Made by a program: the position numbers and the translations under genes. Source: the human T2T-CHM13v2.0 reference genome, Homo sapiens. From it: a stretch of DNA of 64,000 nt. The DNA lies in assembly GCF_009914755.1 (NCBI RefSeq), contig NC_060940.1, one strand, 5' to 3'. Positions 1 through 28,253 of the stretch are shown one piece after another. Each line of letters starts with the position of its first letter. The stretch's first letter is position 1. A model generated the notes under the pieces. It did not search any database. It worked only from the letters and a program-made list of their open reading frames with translations, and had not been told where the DNA came from.

Positions 1-177
1 CCCACCTTCCCTCCCTCCCTCTTTTCCACCCTTCCTTTAACAAGCATTTATTGAGCATATATTATGTGCTAAACAATGTTCCAGGTGCCTTGGTGAACCA
101 AACAGCCAAGATCCCCTCAGGGAGCTTTCAGGCTGTTCAGGAAGCCAGACATTAAACAAACACACACCAGTGAATCA

Positions 178-1193
<1,016 letters not shown>

Positions 1194-1239
1194 AATTAAC
1201 ATTTGTAAAATCCTCTCTTAAATCCACAGTATGGATAAA

Positions 1240-2200
1240 ATGACAAATCATTATTGAAGGACATTAAAGAATGTGTAAATAAATGAAAAGCTGTCCTGTG
1301 TTTCTGATGGAATAGTCAACATTATCAAGATGTTCCAAAATGACTTCTGGAGTCAATGCAATTCCAAAGTCTCAACAGAGCTTTTCATAAAACCAGTTGG
1401 GTCTAAAGTGGATATGGAAGAACAAAGGGCCAAGAATATTCAAGATACTCCTTAACCACAACAGTATGGTATTGACAGGGATAGACATATTGACAAACGG
1501 AACTGAGGAGAGGGCAGAAAGGGACCCATACACTAGGTGAAGCTTGATTATGACAGCCTTGCCCCAGCAGGTCTGTGGGAAAAGAATGGGCTATTTAGTA
1601 AATGGTACTGGGACAATTGGTAACCCATATGGGTATAAAGAGAACTTGCATAAACGCCTGGTGTTAAAAGATTCAAAGTTTTAAAATTTTCTTTAGCAGA
1701 AAACTTTGTACAATATCTTTATGACCTCAGAAATGAGAATAATTTTTTAAACAAGATCCAAAAAATACTATAAAGGAAACTATTGACAAATTTGACTAAA
1801 TTAAAATTAAGAATTCTGTTCATCATCCTTTGCTGATAAAGGAAGTGAAAAAATAAGATATAAGCTGGGAGATGATATTTACATTAAATATAATCAATAA
1901 AATATTAGTATCCATGAAATACAAAGAACTTTAACAAATTGCGAAGACCAAAAATCCACTAATAAAATGGCAAAAGACATGGAAAGGCATTATCACTACA
2001 TCATAATGGGATATCATCTTACACCCACTGGACAGGCACAAATTAAGAAGTGAGGATGTAGAGCAAATGTCAATTCTCATTCTGGGTTGGGGAGGGGTCA
2101 ATTATTATAACTACATTGCAGAACCATTTGGCTTATCTGATAAAGATGAACATGTCCATATATACCCCATGGCTCAGCAATTCCACTCCTGTATATATGC
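1240..2200 (+). mobile_element. Old L1M ORF2/3' fragment
   Basis: Degenerate L1 motifs (aaatggtactgggacaattgg; aaaattaagaattctgttcatca; atatcatcttacaccc). Confidence 0.65.
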
Positions 2201-2311
2201 CCAAACTGCCCTATGCCTCACCATCTCTGTATGCGTACATATATGCACTCAAGATTTTTCACACTACGAATTTGTTAGTCATGAAATCCTTTCGTAACCT
2301 GTATCAGCTTC

Positions 2312-3960
<1,649 letters not shown>

Positions 3961-3965
<5 letters not shown>

Positions 3966-4064
3966 GAAAGAAAGAAGGAAGGAAGGAAGGAAGGGAAAGA
4001 AAGAAGGATGGAAGGAAGGAAGGAAGGAAGGAAGGAAGAGAAAGAAAGGAAGAAAGAGAGAGAG

Positions 4065-4099
<35 letters not shown>

Positions 4100-4100
4100 A
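3961..4100. repeat. GA-rich (GAAA/GGAA)n low-complexity tract
   Basis: Direct inspection; expanded Alu tail. Confidence 0.9.
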
Positions 4101-4126
4101 CCAGTTTCCAAGAGTATTGAGAAGGG

Positions 4127-4387
4127 CAAATGAGACATAAGAGGATTTGCTACTGTTCCATTTCCTAGGGTGCAAGGGGTGCTTACAGGGGCTGTTTAAT
4201 GGCCATGCCTCACCACCTCCATATGCTTACATGTATGTACTTAAATGTGTTTGTACATATTAATTATTTTGTCATTTTAAAAGGGATGAAAGGGGAACAT
4301 GCCCTCTTGGGTTGCACTATGGGGAAATACAGGGGGTGCAGGGGTTCCAGAGTGGAAGTGGGGAGTGGGAACCATCCCAACTGTCCA
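4127..4387 (-). repeat. Inverted duplicate of 2455-2715
   Basis: Colinear reverse-complement match over about 260 bp; the ORF track shows near-identical peptides on opposite strands. Confidence 0.9.
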
Positions 4388-4743
4388 GCTGAAAAATAAC
4401 AGCCATAAAAAAAGAACAAAATCTTGTTTTTTGTGGGAACATGGATGGAGCTGGAGGCTATTATCCTCAGCAAGCTAATGCAGGAAGAGAAAACCAAATA
4501 CCACATGTTCTCACTTATAAGTGCAAGCTAAATGATGAGAACTCATACATCAACACAGATGAATCTTAGAATTAATAATGGTAAACAAACCAATTTCAAA
4601 GGAATATTCACAATGTGACACTATTTTAATAAAATTAAAAACAAAGAAGGAAACAAGACACTGAAGTCTACTTGAGAGTGGAGAATGGGAGGAGGGAGAG
4701 GAGCAGAAAAGATAACTATTGGGTACTGGGCTTTATTCTTGGG

Positions 4744-7658
<2,915 letters not shown>

Positions 7659-7777
7659 CAGGGTGCTGAATTAATCTGTACAACAAACTCCCAAAACAAG
7701 AGTTCACCTGTGTAACAAACCTTCACATGTACCCCTGAACCTAAAATAAAAGTTTAAAAAGAAAAAGAACAGCAGTA

Positions 7778-9437
<1,660 letters not shown>

Positions 9438-9439
9438 AA

Positions 9440-9640
9440 AAATATTAATAATAATAGCTAATATTTATATAGCACTTGTGGGTGTAGGCCAGGCACTTTT
9501 CTAAACACTTTGCAGACACTATCCATTCAATCCTCACAGTCATCCTATGAGAAAGCTTCTCTTGCTATTTCACTCCACAGAGGAAGAACTGAAGCACAGG
9601 AGGGTTGCGTAACTTGCCTGAGATCACACAGCTGTCAACT
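9440..9640 (-). mobile_element. MIR element
   Basis: cacagaggaagaactgaagcacagg...aacttgcctgagatcacacagct MIR core. Confidence 0.65.
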
Positions 9641-10532
9641 GGCACAGCACTGATCAGCTGCAAAGACACCACAGTGGAAGAGTGACAACACCAGATGTGT
9701 GGAGCTCCGCCTGCTGTGGACACACCTGGACAGAGCACTTCAGCCTTGGCAGGGTCTCCTGGGATTTCCAGTCCCCACCTCCCCTGACCTCCTCAGGAAG
9801 GTGTGCACACCAATGAGAGGTCATGAAGAGAAGGGGTGTTATGTAAAACGAGTCCCAGAAAGCCACAAGGCCAGGCTGCGCCCTCTCTGAGCAGCTAATT
9901 CCTCCAAGAGTACCCAGACTTAGCTTCTTTCACTTTGCTTTAACCTAGGAAAGTTGTTAAATATTTATTATGGGACATCAGTGTGCTTTTTCATGGGGGT
10001 AAATATACACAACCTTAAAATACATATATAGCATAATTTCAACATTTTAGCCATTTTTACACATGCAATTCAGTGGTACATGTACATTCACAGTGCTGCG
10101 CAACCATTAAGTTTCATTCTCTGAACGCACACCTTGAGTTCCTGATATGTGTCAGGCATGGTTATAGTCACTGAGGAAAGCAAAATAGGTCTTTGCCCTA
10201 ATGCAGCTCACATTCTAGTTGGAGAGACAGACAATAAACATGGAAGAAATATCAATAAATACAATTGTCACATATTGACAGGTGCTAGAAAGAAAACAGA
10301 ACAGGGTAATTATGACCATATGTATGGAGCACTTTCTATGTTCCAGCAGTGATCCAAGGGCTTGGCAAGAATTATCTCACAGGATCCCTTCTGCAGTTCT
10401 TTGAGGACAGCACCTGCCTCAGTCACGGGTAAGAAAGTAAAGCACAGAGAGCTTCAAACTGCACAGCGAGTAAGCAGGATGCAGTGGTCCAGATGGTGAT
10501 GGCAGAGGAATACTTATGGCTGGGGGAGGGGT

Positions 10533-13410
<2,878 letters not shown>

Positions 13411-13957
13411 TTTTAAAACTGTAGTAAAATACTCATAAGTTTACCATCTTAGCCATTTTTAAATGTACAGCTCAATTCAGTTCAATATTAATACCTTCAT
13501 CCTGCTGTGCAATCATCACCACCATCCATGCATGAAACAAAACTCTTCATCTTGCAAAACTGAAACTCCATACCTATTAAACACTAACTCTCCATTCCCT
13601 CCACCCCCAGCCCCTGGAAGCCACCATTCTATTTTCCGTCTGTATGAGTTTGACTACTCTAGGTGCCTCATATAAGCGGACTCAGAGTATTTGTCTTTTT
13701 GTGACTGGCTGATTTCACTTAGCACAGTGGCCTCAAGGCCCATCTATGTTGTAGCATGTGGCTGAACTTCCTTCCCTTTTATTGCTGAATAATATTCCAT
13801 TGTACAGATATATTATCACCTTCTGCTTACCCATTCATCAGCTGGTAGACATTTGCTCCCATTTTTTTACTATTATAAATAATGCTGCTATGAACATTCA
13901 CATACAAGCCTTTTTATGGACATATGTTTTCATCTTTCTTAGGTACACGAGAGTTGA

Positions 13958-14394
<437 letters not shown>

Positions 14395-14833
14395 TAAGGA
14401 ACTGCCCAACTTCTTGCCAATGTGGCCACACCATTCTACATTCCCATAAGTAATAGATAAGGATTCTAATTTATATATATCTATCCTCTACAACAATTGT
14501 TACTATGTTTTATTATTATTATCATGATTACTATTATAATCATCCTAATAGATGTGAGGTAGTATTTCACTGTGGTGTGATTTTGACTTGCATTTCCTTG
14601 GTGGCTAATGATGAACATCTTTGTCTATGCTTCTTGGCCATTCATATGCCGTTTTTGCAGTAGTATTTATTCAGATCCTTTGTCCATTTTGTATTTTATT
14701 TTACTTTATTTATTTATTTATTTTTTTTCAGGTTCTCACTTTGTTGCCAAGGCTGGAGTGCAGTGGCACAATCATAGCTCACGGCAACCAAGACCTCCTG
14801 GGCACCACTGATCCTCCCACCTCAGCCTCCTGA

Positions 14834-15019
<186 letters not shown>

Positions 15020-15416
15020 TAAATTGGGTTACTTATATTTTTGGTTTTTTGTTGTACTTTTTTGTGGGTTTTTTTGTTTGTTTTTTGAGATGGAGTCTCA
15101 CTTTGTCGCTCAGGCTAGAGGCAGTGGCATAATGTTGGCTCACTGCAACCTCTGCTTCCCAGGTTCAAGCAATTCTCCTGCCTCAGCCTTCTGAGTAGCT
15201 GGAACTACAGGCACGCGCCACCACACCCAGCGAATTTTTGTATTTTTAGTAGAGATGGGTGTTCACCATGTTGGCCAGGCTAGTCTCAAATCCCTGACCT
15301 CAAGTGATCTGCCCGCCTCAGCCTCCCAAATGCTGGCATTACAGACGTGAGCAACCTGGTTACTTATATTTTTATTGTTGAGATATAAGAGGTTTTTTCT
15401 TTCAAAAAATAAATTC

Positions 15417-15740
15417 TGCCTCCTGTCAGATCAGCAGGGGCATTACATTCTCATAGGAGTGCAAACCCTATTGTGAATTGCGCATGCGAGGGATCTAGGA
15501 TGCACACTCCTTATGAGAATCTAACTAATGCCTGATGATCTGAGGTGGAACGGTTTCATCCGGAAACCATCCCCCCACCACCTCCCCAGTCCGTGGAAAA
15601 ATTGTCTTCCATAAAACTGGTCCCAGGCGGTAATGCTGCAATGCTTGCTTGCCTGTTAGTGACCTCCTGCTATGTGGCCCGGTTCCTAACAAGCATTAGA
15701 CCAGTACAGGTCCTTGGCCTGGGGTTTGGTGGCCCCCTGC
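15417..15740 (+). mobile_element. MER1 (hAT-Charlie) element
   Basis: MER1 consensus-like sequence ctcctgtcagatcagc...gaaccctattgtgaa...gcgagggatctagg...tccgtggaaaaattgtcttcc. Confidence 0.8.
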
Positions 15741-16031
15741 TCTAAAAGACTAACATGGTCTCCATCTTGTTACATTTTGTAGACACAGAAAACTTTTTTG
15801 GTATGTTTGTTTAATTTTACAAAAAAAATAAAAGGATAAAACTAAAAAATAAATAAATAAATAAATAAATTCTGGATACAAGTCCCTTACCAGATATATG
15901 ATTTGCAAATATTTCATTAAACTCTGTGTGTTGTCTTTTCACTTTCTCAGTGTTATGCTTTGATGCACAGAAGTTAATGATATATTTTAAAATTAAGATA
16001 TAATTTACGTGCCATAAAATTAACCATTTTA

Positions 16032-16675
<644 letters not shown>

Positions 16676-17338
16676 TCATCCCCATCTAATTCCACAACAT
16701 TTTCATCACCCTCATAAAGTATCCTGTATCTATTGTTAGTCACTCCTGATTTTCTTTTTCCCTGGCAACCAGAATTCTACTTTCTGCCTCTATGGATTTA
16801 CCTACTCTGAATATTTCATATGAATGGAAACATAGGGTTTATTCATTTTGTAACATTTCAGTACTTAATTCTTTTTCATTGTTGCAAAATAGAGTAATAG
16901 CCCATTGTGTATTTACCTCACATTTTGTTTATCCATTCATTATTTGATGGACATTTGAATTGTTTCCACTCTTAGGCTATTAGGAATAATGCTGCTATGC
17001 ACATTCATGCATAAGGTTTTACTTAAATGTATGTTTTCAATTCTCTTGGATATATACCTAAGAGAAGAATTGCTGGTTCATATAGCAACTGTATGTTTAT
17101 CTGATGTTCACCTTTTTGAGGAACTGCCAAACTATTCTCCAAAGTGGCTGCACCATTTTAAATTCCTACTAGCAATATATGAGTGCATCCTTATGAAATT
17201 GTGTGTTTTCTGTCCTTTTTTCTACTGATACGACATATTATATGAACTCATTTTCTGATGCTAAACTAACTTTGCATTCCTGGGATAAATCACATTTCAT
17301 CGTGGTGTATAATACTTTTGATATGTTGCTGAATTTGA

Positions 17339-17629
<291 letters not shown>

Positions 17630-19954
17630 TGATCTGCCCACCTTGGCCTCTCAAACTGCAGGGATTACAGGTGTGAGCCACCATGCCCAGCTGAGATATT
17701 CATATATTTTTTAAAGGATGGTGGTGAATATCAACCTGCCATGGTATTTCTATTCCATTGAATACATTTAAAAGAATGATGCAATGGGCCAGGTGCAGTG
17801 GCTCACGCCTGTAATCCCAGCACTTTGGGAGGCCAAGGTGGGCAGATCACCTGAGTTCAGAAGTTGGAGACCAGACTGGCCAACATGGCAAAACCCCATC
17901 TCTAGTAAAAATGGAAAAATTAGCCGGGCATGGTGGCATGTGCCTGTAGTCCCACTACTCAGGGAGGCCGAGGCAGGAGAATCGCTTGAACCGGGGAGGG
18001 AGAGGTTGTAGTGAGCCGAGGTCATGCCACTGCACTCCAGCCTGGGTGACAAAGTGAGACTCCATCTCAAAAAAAAAAAGAATGACGAAATAGCTTTCTT
18101 TCCAAATGTCAATACCTACAACTTACCAGAAATTACATCTTTTACAAGTATTTAAACCCATGATGAAAATTTGTGATATCATTTTACAAACATGTGACAT
18201 GGCATATAATCTTGTCAAAATTATTTTACAAGGTACAGCAAGAGAAACTGTATGAAGATCACTGTCACTGTTATAATCATTTTAGGGAGCCACCAGAGGG
18301 TTCTGAGCAGGAGAGCCATGCTATCTTTTAGTGTTTTACAAAGCACTGTTGGAGACGGAGTAGAAGCTGGAAGCCAGTTAGAGGCCACTGCAGTAATCAA
18401 GCCCAAATGGTGCTGTGGACCAGGTAGTAGTGAAGGTGGTGGGAAGTGATTCTTTGGTGTTGTTTTTGTTGTTTTTCAGACAAGGTCTTGCTGTCACCCA
18501 GGCTAGAGTGCAATGGTGTGATCATAGCTTACTGCAACTTCAACCTCCCAGGCTCAAGTAAGCCTCCTACCTCAGCCTTCCCAGTAGCTGGGACCACGTC
18601 CAAATATTATTTTTTTCAGAGACAGAGTCTCACTGTGTTGTCCAAACTGAAATATTTAATATATGTTGAGGGTAGAGCTAATAGGGTTTGCTATCTGATC
18701 TGATGTACCACGTGGAAAGAGAGAACGAGAGAGAAGGAATATATCTCCAGCTACAGGGTTCAGGGTTGAACAACTCATCTACTCATCTATAAACTCATCT
18801 CTGAAATGAATTTGATAGCACCCCTTGGCTCATAGAGCTGTTGTTGTGACGTTTAAAGAAGATTCAATGCTCCTGAACTAATAAAAGGCAGAGTGGCAAC
18901 CCCCTAGTAAAAGATAACCAACTTTAACTATTTTATAGGTGATCTCTCTTAGCAGCTGATCTTCATCTTATCATTGCTGTTTTAAGGGTCATTAGTGTTT
19001 TGTCTTCTTTTGTTTTTACACTAAACTCTACCTTCATAGACAGTAGGAGTGAGTCTTACAGATCTTTGCATCTTCAGCTCATACTCTAGTGCCTGGAACA
19101 CGTCTTCCTTAAATATGTGTTACTATCTCCTCCTTGCCAAGTCCCATGGATATGAAGTTCCGAAATCTGTTCCTTTTCATCTCCCCAACTACCTCATGGT
19201 CCAAATTCCTTAACCTGACTATGAGACCCTATTTTCCTGTCTCCCTCCCCTATGTCCCCCAATCCCTCTATCCATAAATGTAGACACCAATGACAGGCAA
19301 ATAACATGCACCCTTTCAAAAGCATGTTCAATATTTATTTTAACACAGTTGAGAGTGAAGGATAGCGAGGCAACACCCCAGGAGGTAGCCCTTACTGTTC
19401 CCTCTGTTGTCCCAAGCTCTTGCTAGAAACTTGCACACCCCCCTCAGGCAAACAAAAGCCCTGCAGTTAACAGAACTGTCCCTTTTGAAGGCAAGTCAGC
19501 AAAGCCTCCACTCACCACAATGCTTTGCAATGCCCTATTCATCAGTCTGTCTTCACTCCTCACCTCCCCAGGATCTAGCCCAGGAGAGCCTGTCATATAA
19601 CAGATGTTCAATAGCCATTCTCTAAGCACTGCTGTGTGCCGAAGGGAAATGTGATGAATTAGACTTGGAGATGGAGAAATGGAACATTGAGCAAGAAGTC
19701 AAAATGGGTAGTTTGACTTAGGGCTTAAAATCAGGCTATGACAATAATTGTGAGATCCGGGCAAACTGATTTTTACTTTCTCTGTTGTGAAATGGGCCGT
19801 GATGACTTTCGAACTTTCAAACTTTTTTTTAAAGTGGAACTCTCGGGTATATGCTTTGTACTGTGATGAGAACACGGTGAGCATGCACACACATCCACAC
19901 ACAACGGAAACAATAGGCCATGAAACCCCACATCCTTACTTCCAATTAGGTTTC

Positions 19955-20279
<325 letters not shown>

Positions 20280-20804
20280 TAAAAAAAAAATAGTCATCAT
20301 GTGCCCCATAAATATATACAGCTACCATGAACCCACAAAAAAATTAAAAATAATAATAATAGTCATGAATCAGTACATAGATTTTACAAACTTCTCTAGA
20401 TTTTGACCCACGGTTTAAAAAATATCACCTGAAAGGGTTAAGGGTGATAACACATGGAAAGGGTTTGGTCCCAAGGAAGGCTCCCTAAGTGGAAAACTGA
20501 AAAGTGCTATAGTAGAGGAACCTTCAAAATGAAGTAGTGGGTGGGGGTGTCAATTAATTCTGCTGACAAATGGGAAGGAGGAAGGTTGAGGATGAATTAA
20601 ATACACAAAATACCAATAGGGGAAAAACTGCAGTGCTGCTTAGAACCTTCTTAGCCCTCATCTTTGCATGGCTGGATTCTTCTCATCCATCTTTTCATTC
20701 TCAGCTCAAATGCCTGTGCCTCATGAAGCCCTCCCAAAGCATGAGATCCTGCTAACCTTCCTTTTTCTCACTGTATCCTATTACTGTTACTCCCTCCATA
20801 GAAC

Positions 20805-22176
<1,372 letters not shown>

Positions 22177-23060
22177 CAACTATTCTTATTTGAAATCAAT
22201 TACTTATTTGCATGTTTGTTGCCTGCTGTAGCCCTTCCTCTTTGCGGGCAGGAATCCTGTCTACCTGGCTCACACGCGTATCAATACAGTGTCTAGCATG
22301 TTAGGCAATAAAATGATTTTGAATGAAAGAATGCCACCAATAAATGAACAAGAAGGCCTTGTGATCAAATACAAATGTAGTCAATCCCTTACAGATCTCT
22401 TCTTAAGTTATAGGTATTTGGGCTTACACTTTGCCTCATTTAGGAATTATGAAAGCTGGGTGATGTGAGAGGAAAGTAACCAAGAGAGAAGTGTTTACTT
22501 AAGGGGTTGGTTATCTAGGATACCATAATTAAGGAAACTGGTTATTTAGGGTTCTAGTTAGTTCTGTACAGATTTCATTACTCCTTGAGATCCTTGAGGA
22601 CAGAACCAGCTCTTTGATTTCTGTATCCCTCGCTAGCGACCAGAATAATGCCTGGAAGGTAGTGGGCGCTCAATCAACATTTGACGAATGAAAGAACCAA
22701 GCGGGGAACGGGGGATAAATGAATGAACGAACTGGCTCCGGAGGGCTGCAGTTCCTCCCCGGGGCAGCAGGCGACGCCAGCGTTACGCCCGCCTGGCCGC
22801 CGGCAGTTCTTGGTCCCTCCGGCTGACCGTCCAACGCTAGGCGCCGAGGCCGGTGCAAGAGACAGCCAATAGAAAGCTGTCTTAGTTGGAGGTCTAGTAG
22901 AGGAATCCAATGAGCGTAGCGGGTCTAGGCAAGGGGCGGTGCGACGGGGAGGGGCAGCGGGGAGCGGTTAGAGGTGGGAGTTGGCGCTGCGGGCCGGGCG
23001 GGGGCCGCGGAAGCTGCGATGCGGACAGGGCAGCGGCGGTGACCCGAGCTGCCGCCCGAC

Positions 23061-23085
23061 ATGAACTCGCTGGAGCAGGCGGAAG
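23061..23085 (+). CDS. CNEP1R1: CNEP1R1 coding exon 1 (MNSLEQAE + 1 nt)
   Basis: cccgacATGaac start and GAAG|gtaggg donor. Splices in frame to downstream exons to give the recognised 125-aa CTDNEP1 regulatory subunit. Confidence 0.96.
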
Positions 23086-23395
23086 GTAGGGTGGGCCGCC
23101 CGGGCCCGTCCCACGTCTCCCCTCGGAAGCTGGCGGTGCTCCGGAGGGGCCGGCGTCGTGAAGACCCCCGCCCCGGGAGGAGGCCGCAGAGGATGGAGCT
23201 AGGGGCCCGGAGCTTGGGGGCGCGTAGGCGGCCGTACCTGGCCAGACGCGGGGGGCGGTGCCTCAGCTCCCTGAGTCCCCACAAACCTAGAGGGTCGACC
23301 TCCTCGCCAGCTTCTATTTTTATTTTCTTTTCATTGGCAGACACTTGCACTTCGTGCATTGCAGCCTGCTAATTCATTTCATTTCATTCTCACAG

Positions 23396-23446
23396 CCCCG
23401 CGAGTTGTATCCCTGATTCCTGCGGTGGTTTCCGGTAACTGCCAAG
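23396..23446 (+). CDS. CNEP1R1: CNEP1R1 alternative in-frame cassette exon (+17 aa, APRVVSLIPAVVSGNCQ)
   Basis: ctaat branch-like motif, ttcattctcacag| acceptor and CAAG|gttagg donor. 51 nt, phase 1-1, no stop codon. Inclusion gives 142 aa, consistent with my recollection of a longer isoform. Confidence 0.75.
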
Positions 23447-24140
23447 GTTAGGAAGTGCTGCTCGGTGTTTTAAAGTTTAAAGCACACCACTGCGGAAAGG
23501 ATACCCCACCACTCACTCGGAGCAGCTTAGACGCCCCTGTCTTCTAGAACTAGGCGCTGCCTGGGTGCCACGAAGATCACCTGTACCCCTTCGGAGGGGG
23601 CAAGGGGAATGTCTTTCCACACCCACTCGCTATCAGTGTCAAGAAGTCTAGTAAGGCCAGACGGCGTAGCCATTAATTAAATATAAGAGCTGGAAACCGG
23701 AGGCGGGTAATTGCAGTCAGGTAGACCTCGAAGACTTTGATGTTAGGCACTACGTGGTTCTAATAGGAAGTTCTTGGTTCCCAGAGAGCTAAAACTCGAC
23801 CTGATTTTAATTTTATTTGCAACCCTGAAAATGTTCGCTTTTGGCGCTGGCCGAGGCTGCTGCTTATTTCTCCCAATACCATTTATGAAGCTTCTAAAAG
23901 TAAATCAGCAAGTTTTCTTATATGAGAAATTGGAATTAAAGAGCCCTAATTTTTTGTCAAGTGCTTAAAAAGCTGTCATAGTAAATGAAATAAACAGTGC
24001 AGTGATACATGGAAGTTAGTGTGTAAGACCTGAAGCAGTTAAGAGTATCTCACATGTCGTCTTAATGTTAGGTAAATACTCTGACATTTCGTCAGACGAG
24101 TAAGAGTGGCTAATTAGAAAATTGACATCTTTATACCTAG

Positions 24141-24212
24141 ATCTCAAGGCTTTTGAGAGGAGACTTACTGAATATATTCATTGTTTGCAACCTGCTACTG
24201 GACGCTGGAGAA
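24141..24212 (+). CDS. CNEP1R1: CNEP1R1 coding exon 2 ([24 protein letters not shown])
   Basis: atacctag| acceptor, AGAA|gtaagt donor, 72 nt, in frame. Confidence 0.96.
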
Positions 24213-24611
24213 GTAAGTTCCTGAATGTTATTTTAAGGGAAAACTAACAATTGATACTTTTATCCTAATATAGGAATGATTTGCTTTTATGTAAAATGTT
24301 TGTTTAAATTTATTTAACATTGTAGACAATGCCTTATGAAGAAATTTTTAAGAAAAGGAAATTATAACTGGCCTTCTCAAAAGAACAGTCTATTTCGTGT
24401 GGTTGTTTTTGTTTTTCCATTAAAAAACATATTTTTTGGCCAGGCGCCGTAGCTCACGCCTGTAATCCCAGCACTTTAGGAAGCCCAGGCAGGCGGATCA
24501 CCTAAGGTCAGAAGTTCAAGACTAGCGTGGCCAACACGGTGAAACGCCGTCTCTACTAAAAATACGAAATTAGCCGGTCGTGGTGACGCTGCCTGTGATC
24601 CCAGCTACTCA

Positions 24612-24716
<105 letters not shown>

Positions 24717-25035
24717 TCAATAAATAAATAATAAAAATATTTAAATTTTTGAATTATTACAGTTTTGATAAAGACATACCTAGTAAAAATTTCAGTAGCC
24801 CGTTTAGCAGTTTTATAATTTGCCTACAAACTATTGGAATAAAATTTTAGTAAGAAGAGTCATATTAATAGGGCTCAGTGAGTCACGCATATAATCCCAG
24901 CACTTTGGGAGGCCGAGGCTGGAGTATTGCTTGAGCATGGGAGTTTGAGACCAGCCTGGGTAACATGGAGAGACCCCATCGCGGTGGCTCACGTCTGTAA
25001 TCCCAACACTTTGGTAGGCCGAGGCGGACGGATCA

Positions 25036-25482
<447 letters not shown>

Positions 25483-25599
25483 TTACCCTTAGTTGATTTT
25501 TAACAAAGCATAATTGTGCTGCTTTGAAGTCTGACCTAGAAAATTCACATTATTACTATCTATTCATAAGTATCATGAGTGCTACAAAATATAATTTGA

Positions 25600-25866
<267 letters not shown>

Positions 25867-27470
25867 TAATTTTTTTGTGTATTTTTAGTAGAGATAGGGT
25901 TTCTGCATTTTGGCCAGGCTGGTGTCAAACTCCTCACCTCAGGTGATCCTCCCATCCTGGCTTCCCAAAGTGCTAGGATTACAGGTGTGAGCCACCACGC
26001 TGGGCCAAATAGTTTTAATTTCCTAGATGGTCATTATTTAGATTTAATTCCTATCAAGAAGGAAGTGTAGTAGCACACATTGAGGATTTACTTTATTTCA
26101 AAGTGTAAATCAGTTTGCTGGACCAAAAAAGCACTATTGAAGCTAAGGATCTAAGGATCTGGCAAGATTTTTTTGTATAATTTTTATTAAATCTATTTGC
26201 AAAGTTTTATTAGTATGCTGTGAGAATTCTGGTTGGTCAGAATTTACAGGTAATGATTTTCCTAGGTTCTCTGGTTTACCTAGGAATTATCCCCAAAACC
26301 TATGTTTCACTGTTACTTGAAAATCTTTTAAAATGTATATGATACTGCCCTATCTTATAAAATGTGATATAAATATACTTTACTTTTTCTCTGACTCATG
26401 GTCTTAACACTTACTTGGTTAATGAACCAGTCAAATAAAGCATGTATATGAGGTCCTTTCTAGTGTATTGATTTTGCTTTTTCTTATTTTTTTAAAACAT
26501 ACATGTGTAATATAGTGCATTTCTGGAAATACAGAATTGTAAGAAATTGAGTTCAGTCTGTTCTGAGTTCAGAACATAGTTTTGATATTTTGATCCTATT
26601 TAATACCTAAAACAAGATTTTTTTTCTTTAGTTTATGTCTTCTAAAAGTACATCAAGGAATTCTAGATAATTAAGGTTTTACTATATTTGTATATTTGCT
26701 ATATTTCTGTTGTTCTTGGAAACTGAATTTCCACATTTGAAAAATGTATGCATCCTAGCTGAAAGACAGGCAACGGTCATCATCTCCAGAATATTAACTG
26801 GGTCTTGATGCCCCTTTATTATTTTTTACTAATACCATTCTTAAGTTTTACTTATGATTTATTTAGAATTTCTAAAATCATTCTAGCTTAGTGGAGAGAA
26901 AGACCTTTTCTAAGTTTTACTGGCAGTAATTTCTACCCTACCTTTCTTTAAGTCTCTTAAAGAAAATCCGATACTAACTGGTGTGCTCCATACTTCCTGC
27001 ACTGACTTTAATGTAACCATGGCAGTCATCTGCAAAGCAAAATCCTTTAGTCAGTCTTCTCAGTACATTCAAAAAGGAGTCTTTGATGGTTTGTTTACAG
27101 TAGAAAATGAGTTTGTTTTTTTAATTTGAGTTTACAAGATCTGCAAAATCTTCACTAAGCACAGTGAACGTTACATAGCGTAGACTCTTCTACTGAAGTG
27201 TCACCATCGAATTGCTTTTTATTTCATTGATCATCATAAGTTCTGACCAAATCATAAGAGAAACAGTATCCTTAATTACTAAGGTTCACAATGTTTAAGA
27301 GAATTCCTCGAAGCCAGATGGCAAGCCTTCTAATTCCTGAGTCTAGTTAGTGCATTTTCCATTTAATAAAGTGCTATATTCTTTGGTTGTCATTTAGTAG
27401 GAACTGGTGGTGATAGTATCACATATTAAGTATGTATTTGCTTACTAATTTCGTGTTTATCTTTCATCAG

Positions 27471-27544
27471 TGCTTCTTATAGTGGTATCTGTCTGTACAG
27501 CTACTGGTGCCTGGAACTGGTTAATAGACCCTGAGACACAAAAG
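27471..27544 (+). CDS. CNEP1R1: CNEP1R1 coding exon 3 ([25 protein letters not shown]; first hydrophobic/TM segment)
   Basis: ctttcatcag| acceptor, AAG|gtagaa donor, 74 nt, in frame. Confidence 0.96.
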
Positions 27545-28034
27545 GTAGAAGTTTTGTTTTAAAATCATTAGCATAATTAAATGAGATAATGGATATTGTA
27601 GTGCTTTGTTAATGATAAAGTATTCAAACACTACCTATTAACTACTACTAGTGATATTGTCATATTAAAAATATGCCTTTTATTAATTTGCTCAAGGAAG
27701 ATTTTGGCTGGCTATTGTGAATTAAGTATGTCTACAGGGAAAAGGTCTAAGAGATGCTATTATTTCTTAGACATTTATTTGTTATTTGTCATTCACTTCT
27801 GAATTTATCATTTTTACATTTTTTTTATATCTCTCATTTTTACTTCAGTGTGAGTATTATCTTCATTCTGCTTTGTTCATTGAGTGTCATCAGTGCCAGC
27901 TTTTAAAAGTTCTAAAATAGGCCAGGCATGGTGGCTCATACCTGGAATCCCAACACTTTGGGAGGCCAAGGGAGGAGTTCAAGACCAGCCTGGGCAATGT
28001 CATATAGCAAGACCCCATCTCTACAAAAAATTTA

Positions 28035-28253
<219 letters not shown>

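Larger units (their letters stand above)
22690..23720 (+). promoter_or_regulatory. CNEP1R1: CpG-island promoter of CNEP1R1 with two CCAAT boxes (22866, 22907) and GC boxes (about 22933, 22996)
   Basis: Abrupt rise in GC and CpG content around exon 1. CCAAT and GGGCGG motifs lie upstream of the ATG at 23061; no TATA box is evident. Confidence 0.9.

Noticed and set aside
22925-23359. 144-aa antisense ORF over the CNEP1R1 promoter, and similar ORFs at 63468-63902
   Set aside because: GC-rich CpG islands are poor in stop codons; the peptides are low-complexity R/P/G/A with no recognisable domain.
23061-23372. 103-aa ORF starting MNSLEQAEGRVG
   Set aside because: Only the first 25 nt are exonic; the rest is read-through into GC-rich intron 1.
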